From positions 1 through 64,000 of the IMG/VR virus record IMGVR_UViG_3300045999_013278: a stretch of 64,000 nt of DNA. One strand, given 5' to 3'. Source of the DNA: a virus. The notes below the pieces were generated by a model. That model searched no databases. It saw only the letters and a program-made list of their open reading frames with translations, and was not told where the DNA came from. A program made the translations under genes and the position numbers. Shown here piece by piece: positions 57,299 through 64,000 of the stretch (positions are counted from its first letter, which is position 1; each line of letters begins with the position of its first letter).

Positions 57299-57490
57299 CC
57301 GTCAGGTAAATTACAATAAATCCTCCAAAGGCTTATACAAAAGCACTTTGGAGGATTTTTAACTTTAAGCCCACGTCAGGTAAAAAGGGGTATTTTTGTA
57401 AAAGCGTCAGGTAAAATCCTTATTAGAGAAGAAAACGCTTGACGCGATTTGTGTGACGTTTCCCTAAAAACTCCATTTTTACTTGACGTT
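57299..57490. repeat. Dispersed repeat copy 4, immediately after nrdJ stop
   Basis: cgtcaggtaaattacaataaatcctccaaa..tttggaggattttt matches the reverse complement of 4299-4360; three CGTCAGGTAAA boxes. Confidence 0.85.
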
Positions 57491-57492
57491 TT

Positions 57493-58017
57493 TTAGACTA
57501 TTTCTACCCAACCCTCGCCGCCGTAAACAAAAAATTTAGTCAAGGTTGAGTTAAAATAAATCTGATATTGAGCCAAACTTGTAGTTGGCGCAGCACTTAA
57601 TACTCCTAAAAATCTATAAGTATGTTGGGCAACTGATGATGCGGTAATAACTTGAATTTTATCCGCCGGCGTAATATTGGCGGAAAAGTTAAATGAATCA
57701 ATTTGGCTCAATGGCGTAATAAGCTGAATCTCTCCCGAATAGGCAATTGGGATTTGTCCACTCATGGCTATAGTTTGCCCCGCGCTAATTACTAAATCTA
57801 ATTTGCTGCCAACCGCGGGGATTTTAAATAAGTAATAGCCACTGGGGAATAAACCCAGTCTTTGCTGTGTGTCGCCTATAAAAATAATTCCCAACGATCC
57901 GTAAAACTGTTGGATATTTTGGAGTGTGAATGTAAAAGTGTCACCGGGGCTTATGGTGAGGTTTATAAATTCCGCAGATTGGGAAGTTAAATCTATTTGT
58001 TTTTGACGCTTAGGCAT
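57493..58017 (-). CDS. Hypothetical, possibly virion protein
   Basis: ORF; C-terminal QIYFNST..F.VY..GW. Confidence 0.55.
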   Translation of the reverse strand: MPKRQKQIDLTSQSAEFINLTISPGDTFTFTLQNIQQFYGSLGIIFIGDTQQRLGLFPSGYYLFKIPAVGSKLDLVISAGQTIAMSGQIPIAYSGEIQLITPLSQIDSFNFSANITPADKIQVITASSVAQHTYRFLGVLSAAPTTSLAQYQIYFNSTLTKFFVYGGEGWVEIV

Positions 58018-58080
58018 ATCTATAAAGTAAGTAATTATTTATATCAGTATATCCTAAATTTATATTTTTTAATTTACCTA

Positions 58081-58110
58081 TTGACCGACGATAGAAAGGT
58101 GTGGTATAAC
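58081..58110 (+). promoter_or_regulatory. Degenerate motif promoter
   Basis: TTGACC(GACGATAG)-18-TATAAC with TGn. Confidence 0.5.
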
Positions 58111-58147
58111 CAGAATGAAGTTAAAGAGTAAGAGAGGAATATAAAGA

Positions 58148-58255
58148 TGACTAAAACAGAAGTAATTGAATTGATGAAGTCCGCGTCTAGCGAAGAAGAT
58201 TGGAATAACAAATGCGATCAAGTAAAATCTGCTTGCGGCGGATATCCCGATTAGG
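58148..58255 (+). CDS. Small ORF (35 aa), possibly truncated
   Basis: GAGG RBS; MTKTEVIELMKSASSEEDWNNKCDQVKSACGGYPD*. Confidence 0.4.
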
Positions 58256-58345
58256 GAATGTTCCGAACAAAGAATGTTGCAAACTTGGACAAGTAATAAA
58301 AATTGTCGCGGTAGAAATTTTAAAATAGTCAGGTAATTAAAAAGT

Positions 58346-58582
58346 ATGCCAGAAATAAAATACATAAAATGCCCTAGTTGCGGATGGGTTGGGGATTCCA
58401 ATCCTACGCCAGCAGAAATTTATGGAAGTTTAAAAACTGAAGTTCCGACAGTAATAAAAACTTTACAATTAAACAGATCTCTTGGCAATTACGGTTTTAG
58501 CGGGAGTTATGCTGAATGTCCAAATTGCGGAAAAGATTTATCGGACGGAAAATTTAACGTAAACCCCGATTATTTATGCTAA
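58346..58582 (+). CDS. Zinc-ribbon protein
   Basis: CPSC and CPNC. Confidence 0.6.
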   Translation: MPEIKYIKCPSCGWVGDSNPTPAEIYGSLKTEVPTVIKTLQLNRSLGNYGFSGSYAECPNCGKDLSDGKFNVNPDYLC

Positions 58583-58677
58583 AATATTATCGTGGTTCTT
58601 AGCTTGAGTCACTCCTCACTATTTACTATGGTAATCCCTTAACTCAGCACCAGAAGTTAAGGGATTTTTTTTATTAA

Positions 58678-59979
58678 TTATTCCTTCCCTGCGCCCGCAC
58701 TTAACTGTTGATTTTGGGTTGATTGGTTTTGAGCTTTCATTAAAAACTCTTGTCCGTTAACTGCCCAAATTCCCCAATCTAATTCAAAGCCACCCCTTTT
58801 AATGACATTTTCATAGTACGATTCATACCCGAATTTCATGCAATACTCTAGGCTAATGCACCACTTAACCTGAGTTCCGACCAACCCACGCAAAGCTTGG
58901 ATATTTCTTGAGTACATCAATGCGGGTTGGTTAGCTATATCCTTACCTGAGTTTGATTCCATTCCCAACCCTGGGAAAAACCATAGCGGTACGCCAGGCG
59001 GCACTAACTCTTCCCTAAGCTTCATCCAATAATCAAAAACGCCCTTAAGACTTTCATTACCATTACTATAAGCTTTTCTTACGTCAGCTTTATTTAACAA
59101 GTAAAGGTTGGAAATTAAGCCTTGTGCTAATTGCGATTTATGCTCAAGCATATAAGCTTCTTTGTATTCTTCATCCGCGCCTTCGGGCATGAGATGAAGC
59201 CAAGGAGAAATTGCGGCGGCTCGGACAGCTTGGGCGACATCTGGACGGTGTTCTTTTAAGTATTCGTAAGCTTCAACTGACTGTAAAAATAAGGGGTCGC
59301 CATACCTTCCTGAAGCTCCTAATTCTTCATATTTAAAATGCAATATTTTCCAATCAGGAAATACCCTATCGTCAGGGCTTTCGCTAATCATTTTCCTTTG
59401 TGAATAAGTTCCTTTTAGTTCCCCTTCACTATTTACATCCACAAACATAGAGAAAGTTGGGAGGTATTGGATTTTTTCTATAAAGTAATCTTTCTTATTT
59501 TTACTGTCGAAGTTTAATCCTAATTCTGCAAAACTATCGCCAGACCTCAGCATCCTCCTTACGCCTGGCTCTAAGGCATTACCTCCTAGAACTAAATCTT
59601 TTCCAAATTGCCTTGATGCCATTTCTTTACTAATCGCAATTAAATTTTTATCTACTTCTACGTCATCCATCTTAGAATTAACTTTCCAACTACGAACTTC
59701 GCCATTTTCTCTAATAAAAACATCCCTAGCTAAAATACTACTAGAGTGCCTTACTTCTTGATTCCAAATTGACATCTCGATCAATTGGTGAGTTAAATAG
59801 CCATCCCCCATAATTGTTCTAACGGGAATTTCCGGTAATCCTAAGCTTAAATTTCTCTTAGAAGCTAACCCCAAACGTAAAGACTCAGAAGATCCTGTAA
59901 ACCCTCGCGGTTTTCTTATCCTTGCAAGGATTTGCGTGAAAATGTTTTTTACTCTTTGGAAAAAATTAATACTAGGCAT
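58678..59979 (-). CDS. Probable portal protein
   Basis: ~430 aa; GDSFAEL, ILHFK, YGDPLF, GVP; start moved to MPSINF. Confidence 0.65.
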   Translation of the reverse strand: MPSINFFQRVKNIFTQILARIRKPRGFTGSSESLRLGLASKRNLSLGLPEIPVRTIMGDGYLTHQLIEMSIWNQEVRHSSSILARDVFIRENGEVRSWKVNSKMDDVEVDKNLIAISKEMASRQFGKDLVLGGNALEPGVRRMLRSGDSFAELGLNFDSKNKKDYFIEKIQYLPTFSMFVDVNSEGELKGTYSQRKMISESPDDRVFPDWKILHFKYEELGASGRYGDPLFLQSVEAYEYLKEHRPDVAQAVRAAAISPWLHLMPEGADEEYKEAYMLEHKSQLAQGLISNLYLLNKADVRKAYSNGNESLKGVFDYWMKLREELVPPGVPLWFFPGLGMESNSGKDIANQPALMYSRNIQALRGLVGTQVKWCISLEYCMKFGYESYYENVIKRGGFELDWGIWAVNGQEFLMKAQNQSTQNQQLSAGAGKE

Positions 59980-60005
59980 AATTTTTATTTTTTTACTTTT
60001 GGGAC

Positions 60006-60034
60006 TTGACGACGGTATATAAACCATGTATTAT
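60006..60034 (+). promoter_or_regulatory. Motif promoter for the methyltransferase operon
   Basis: TTGACG(ACGGTATA)-17-TATTAT. Confidence 0.8.
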
Positions 60035-60070
60035 ATAATTATACTTTTAAATGTATAAAGAGAGGTAACT

Positions 60071-60475
60071 ATGGAAGGATTAAAAAAAATAAACATTGGC
60101 GACATTTACTGGATGCCTGGCGACATTTACTGGATGCCTTCAAATAAACCTATTGATAAAAAATCAATAGATATTAAATTAATAGTTACTAAAGTAGGCA
60201 CTAAGTTTATCTATGCTAATAATGAAGATACAAATTGGGAGTATAAGTTTACTTTTAAATCTGATGGTGTACTGGATTTAGTAAATAATATGTGTTCCGG
60301 TAAAGCTTATTCTGAGGAGCAATGGGAGAAGCAAAAGCTAATTATCAAGTTGGATAAATTAACTCAAAAATTCAAACAAGAGTTTTCGCAAATTAATAAT
60401 TCTACAGACTTTAAAAAATATCAAGAGTTGGTTAGCGAAATGAATGAATTGTCTCAAAAGATTTTAAATCTATGA
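60071..60475 (+). CDS. Hypothetical protein with a 21-bp tandem duplication (GDIYWMP x2)
   Basis: tggcgacatttactggatgcc at 60097 and 60118; KVGTKF motif. Confidence 0.7.
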   Translation: MEGLKKINIGDIYWMPGDIYWMPSNKPIDKKSIDIKLIVTKVGTKFIYANNEDTNWEYKFTFKSDGVLDLVNNMCSGKAYSEEQWEKQKLIIKLDKLTQKFKQEFSQINNSTDFKKYQELVSEMNELSQKILNL

Positions 60476-61392
60476 AGATCGCATACAACAACCCTCAAGC
60501 TATAACCGTCCTTCCCAATAATGCAAAATTAAAATACGAACATGACTTTAATTGTTTAACAGAAATAGTTAAAGATAAAAATTTTAAACCATTCCTTAAG
60601 TGGGTAGGAGGCAAAACTAGATTAATTCCTCAATACGAAGAATTAGGATTAATCCCCGCCGAATTTAATACTTATTTTGAGCCATTTTTAGGTGGCGGCG
60701 CAATGTTTTTCCATTTACAAAATATAGGATTAATTAACCGCGCACTTTTAAGTGACTTAAATAAAGACTTAGTTAATACTTACAAAGAAGTTAAGGATAA
60801 TTTAAGTAAATTAAAACAAGTTCTTTTAAAGGATTTCGCAGAAGCTCACAATAAAGAGTTTTTTGAAGAAGTTAGAAATAAGCAATTTAAGAGTGATGTT
60901 TATAATGCTGCAAAATTTATCTACTTAAACAAAGCTTGTAGATCGGGAATGTACCGCGTTAATAAAAGCGGCAGTTTTAATGTTCCTTTCGGACTGCCGG
61001 GACAAACTATTTACCAACCTGAACTTTTAACTAACAGTAATTTAGCCTTAAATACTAATAATGTAGCGGTAGTTAATACATCTTTCTTTAATATTAGTCA
61101 TTTGCCTCAACCTGGCGATTTTGTATTTTTAGATCCGCCTTATCATGGGACTTTTAATGGTTATAACAAAAGCCCGTTTGGGGAAGATGAGCAAGTTAAA
61201 TTAAGAGACGTATGTAGGGAATACAGTGAAAATAAAATAAAGTTTTTACTTTGCAATTCTCACAATAGTTTTATTTTAGATTTATATGCAAGTAAGAAGT
61301 TTAAGATAAGTGAAGTTTGGAGAAATGGTACGATAAATAGCAACAGTAAAGAAAGAGAAAAAGTTAAGGAATTGGTAATATGCAATTTTTAA
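60472..61392 (+). CDS. dam: Dam-family N6-adenine DNA methyltransferase
   Basis: KWVGGK, EPFLGGG, YRVNKSGSFNVPFG, FLDPPY. Confidence 0.9.
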   Translation: MKIAYNNPQAITVLPNNAKLKYEHDFNCLTEIVKDKNFKPFLKWVGGKTRLIPQYEELGLIPAEFNTYFEPFLGGGAMFFHLQNIGLINRALLSDLNKDLVNTYKEVKDNLSKLKQVLLKDFAEAHNKEFFEEVRNKQFKSDVYNAAKFIYLNKACRSGMYRVNKSGSFNVPFGLPGQTIYQPELLTNSNLALNTNNVAVVNTSFFNISHLPQPGDFVFLDPPYHGTFNGYNKSPFGEDEQVKLRDVCREYSENKIKFLLCNSHNSFILDLYASKKFKISEVWRNGTINSNSKEREKVKELVICNF

Positions 61393-61598
61393 ACACAATA
61401 AAAATACTTCATATAGAGGTATTGTGGCAGATGCTTTATAACATAAAAGAAAGCGTAGAAATATTGGAAAAACAATCTGTGGCGCAGGAGAAAAGTAAGG
61501 ATTATAAAAATTATTATAAATCCTTTAAATACCTAAATCAGTGCCGCTGGAAAGTTTTGGAGATTAGCAAAGAAATAGAAAGTAGGGTTTTGAAATAA
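61380..61598 (+). CDS. Hypothetical protein
   Basis: ORF overlapping both neighbours. Confidence 0.55.
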   Translation: MQFLNTIKILHIEVLWQMLYNIKESVEILEKQSVAQEKSKDYKNYYKSFKYLNQCRWKVLEISKEIESRVLK

Positions 61599-62614
61599 TG
61601 AAAAAGTTTTTATGGTTTTCGCATTTTAGCGGCGGTGGCGGCTCAACTTTGGGAGCAATCCAAGCTGGGTTTATGCCTTTGCTGGGGATTGAGTGGGATA
61701 AGAAAGTGGCGGAATTATATGAGAAGAATTTAGGTAAAGTAATTTGCCAAGATATAGGAGAGGTAAGTATCCTAAGTGTTATAAAACATATTCCATTAAA
61801 AGAGGCAAGGGAAAAGAATAATGAGATTTTAGTAATCCAAACTTCGCCACCATGTCAGGAGTATTCCCAATTAAAACTAAATAAAAATCCTAATTCCGAA
61901 AGTGCAAAAGTCATTTGGAAGACAAGGAAGTTTTATGCTTTATTTAGACCTGAATATGTAATTTTAGAAAACGTTAGGGCTTATGCTAAAAGCGAGGTTT
62001 ATATTAAATTTAAAAATTACCTTAAGGAATTAGGCTATGAAATAAGTTTTGAGGAGATAGTTAACTGTGCTGACTATGGCGTGCCACAAACTCGCCAAAG
62101 ATTAATTACTATTTTTAACTATAGAAATTTCCCTGCCGTAAGGATTAGTTCTACGCATAGTAAAAATAATGGTGAATGGGTAGGATGGTACTCAGCAATT
62201 GAAGATTTAATCCCTAATTTAAAAGAAGTTAGTTTAACCAGAAAACAACTTAACTCTCTAAGTTTAAGGAATAAAGGCTTTAGTAATGCCAAGGTAGTCG
62301 TAGAAAGAGTTGGCGCAAGAAGTAAGGTGAATAAAATCCGTGAGGAAGATTCACCAATTTGGACAATAAAAGCATCTTTAGGAAGCGATGGAAAGGGTGC
62401 GAATAGGGAAAAGTTAATAGACGTAAGCATAAATGGCGTTGTAAAAACCTTAAACGTGGCGTGTTTGGCCAGATTGCAGACTTTTCCGCCAAGTTATGAA
62501 TTTTCTGGCAAAAACGCCTTGGATGTTCATGTAATTGGCAATTCTGTACCACCATTACTTATTAAAGTAATTTGCGAGGAGATAAAAAATACTTTTAATA
62601 CTTTTGGGGATTGA
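61598..62614 (+). CDS. C5-cytosine DNA methyltransferase
   Basis: FSGGGG, SPPCQ, ENV, PQTRQR, ARLQTFP, IGNSVPP. Confidence 0.92.
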   Translation: MKKFLWFSHFSGGGGSTLGAIQAGFMPLLGIEWDKKVAELYEKNLGKVICQDIGEVSILSVIKHIPLKEAREKNNEILVIQTSPPCQEYSQLKLNKNPNSESAKVIWKTRKFYALFRPEYVILENVRAYAKSEVYIKFKNYLKELGYEISFEEIVNCADYGVPQTRQRLITIFNYRNFPAVRISSTHSKNNGEWVGWYSAIEDLIPNLKEVSLTRKQLNSLSLRNKGFSNAKVVVERVGARSKVNKIREEDSPIWTIKASLGSDGKGANREKLIDVSINGVVKTLNVACLARLQTFPPSYEFSGKNALDVHVIGNSVPPLLIKVICEEIKNTFNTFGD

Positions 62615-62639
62615 CGGCGGTATATAAAAAGTATATAGT
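62611..62639 (+). promoter_or_regulatory. Motif promoter
   Basis: TTGACG(GCGGTATA)-17-TATAGT. Confidence 0.75.
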
Positions 62640-62663
62640 AGGATTAAGTTAAAGTTAAAAAAA

Positions 62664-62930
62664 ATGCAACTTAAAATCTTTGAGATAACTGGTGAGTATG
62701 CTATATGTCACGGCGACGGGCATATCCTTTATGATCACCCTGGGGAAATTGTAGAATTAAGTTTCGAGGGAGTTAGAGTTTTTCATTTTAGTTTCTTTAG
62801 GATATTTTTTAGCCAATTAATTAAGGAATTTTCTTTAGTTGATGTTAAAGATAAATTGGAGACTACTAATATAACGGGAGACGGTTGGGAAGTTTTACAA
62901 GGAGTTTTTAAAAGCTATGCTAATAACTAA
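62664..62930 (+). CDS. STAS-like (DUF4325-like) protein
   Basis: DGHILY..VELSFEGV...SFF..F.QL. Confidence 0.55.
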   Translation: MQLKIFEITGEYAICHGDGHILYDHPGEIVELSFEGVRVFHFSFFRIFFSQLIKEFSLVDVKDKLETTNITGDGWEVLQGVFKSYANN

Positions 62931-63042
62931 AAATACTAGGGAAAGATGAGGAAGATGAGAATTTAGTAATTAGCTTAGATGATAGGCTAGAAGTCGTAAG
63001 TCAATATCCTAATTTAAAAATAGTCGTAAGTGAGAAAGTAAA

Positions 63043-63465
63043 ATGCTAATACTAAAATTTGTGGGGAAAATAACTCCTGAAGTAAATCCTGGGATTTATA
63101 TAGAACATCGTTACGAAATAACTAAGGACAGCCCGCAAATATTTATTTTGCCAAAACCTTCAATATTTGATTCCGTTTGTGTAAGTGATGGCGTTAAATT
63201 TAAGCCACTGGCTATGGATTTTTCTTATTATCGTGTGCCGGGTTTTTGGAATGATGATTTGTACGTAAGGACAGATGTTTATCCATTACTTTGGTTATTT
63301 TACGCATTTATTGTTTTTTTAGATAGGTGTAACTTAAAGCTCAAAAAAGTAGTCTATAAATTTTTACTGTGGACAAAACAAGGTAAAGATTTTCTTCCCG
63401 TTGGCGAGAGAGTTAGTTCTTGGAGAGAGTTTTTTAAGTTTTATTTAATTAGTTTAGGAGGATAA
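63043..63465 (+). CDS. Hypothetical protein
   Basis: ORF track. Confidence 0.55.
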   Translation: MLILKFVGKITPEVNPGIYIEHRYEITKDSPQIFILPKPSIFDSVCVSDGVKFKPLAMDFSYYRVPGFWNDDLYVRTDVYPLLWLFYAFIVFLDRCNLKLKKVVYKFLLWTKQGKDFLPVGERVSSWREFFKFYLISLGG

Positions 63466-63468
63466 AAA

Positions 63469-63762
63469 ATGTTAATTAATTTACCGAAATGCAGAACCCA
63501 TATTAAGTTTGAGGAAATGTATGAGTATTTCTTTACAGAGGCTAACTTCCCAGAATTAGTGGAGCGAAACCTCAATTACGGATGGGAAGGTTTGAACACA
63601 TATAAGTTTATTAAATTCCTCCAAAATAACAAAATCCAGGGCGTGAATGCAGGGGTAGACAAGCTTTATAGCGTCGCACAGCTTGAAGAGTTGTATAAAC
63701 AAATTAAGTCTATCGATCCTGAAGACTGGAAGTCAGGCAATTTAAGTTTTCTAGAAAGTTAA
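63469..63762 (+). CDS. Hypothetical protein
   Basis: AGGAGG RBS. Confidence 0.6.
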   Translation: MLINLPKCRTHIKFEEMYEYFFTEANFPELVERNLNYGWEGLNTYKFIKFLQNNKIQGVNAGVDKLYSVAQLEELYKQIKSIDPEDWKSGNLSFLES

Positions 63763-63786
63763 AGGTTAAAGTAAAGGTAATTTAAA

Positions 63787-64000
63787 ATGTCTCATGAATT
63801 TAGACTCGCTTGCAAAACCTGTAATTTAGAAACAGAAGAAGTTAATCACGCTCAAGAAAGTATTAAAAATTTCTTGAGTAAGTGGGAGGAAAATAAAAAC
63901 GCCCTAACTAAAGTATTAGATTTAGGGTTGTTTGATATTGGTGATGTGCGCGAAAGTTTTAGGTCTAAATCACTTCCTGTAGATATTTATGAATTTATGC
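63787..64000 (+). CDS. Hypothetical protein, 3'-truncated by window
   Basis: AAGGT RBS; MSHEFRLACKTC.. open to the end of the window. Confidence 0.5.
   Translation, partial: MSHEFRLACKTCNLETEEVNHAQESIKNFLSKWEENKNALTKVLDLGLFDIGDVRESFRSKSLPVDIYEFM

Noticed and set aside
16318-57640. Other CTGATGA/TCATCAG hits (e.g. ~16322, 20123, 31558, 40424, 45781, 57633)
   Set aside because: All lie inside coding regions, and I saw no accompanying hammerhead stems by eye.
59980-60027. Extended N-terminus of the portal ORF (likewise starts at 1751, 3006 and 7991)
   Set aside because: These extensions overlap promoter boxes or the ribozyme; downstream ATGs fit better.

Overview
A 64-kb AT-rich segment of a large siphovirus-type cyanophage. 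At least 11 HIP1 (GCGATCGC) sites, a cyanobacterial-type Rep and an IS200/IS605 element point to a cyanobacterial host. Lambda/HK97-like morphogenesis genes lie on the minus strand: probable portal, protease-capsid fusion, head-tail genes, tail tube, a -1 frameshifted tail chaperone, a 4255-aa tape measure and gpM/L/K/I/J-like tip genes. They are interleaved with replication and nucleotide genes: dnaE, RuvC-like resolvase, SF2 helicase, DUF3854 plasmid-type Rep, recJ, thymidylate synthase, dCMP deaminase, intein-containing class II RNR and two DNA methyltransferases. Main unannotated signals: (1) a minus-strand unit (~1890-3765) with a pseudoknot, a type I hammerhead ribozyme, a 2H phosphoesterase and an orphan DGR variable-region cassette with its hairpin; (2) a tape measure protein carrying alpha/beta-hydrolase, protein-kinase-like, M23 and lytic-transglycosylase motifs; (3) about 9 promoters sharing an extended -35 motif TTGACGACGGTA; (4) a four-copy dispersed repeat built on CGTCAGG boxes, three copies lying downstream of dnaE, rep and nrdJ; (5) a plasmid-style antisense RNA/attenuator in the rep leader; (6) a tRNA-like RNA with an abnormal anticodon loop. 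All calls come from reading the sequence by eye; no searches or folding programs were run.
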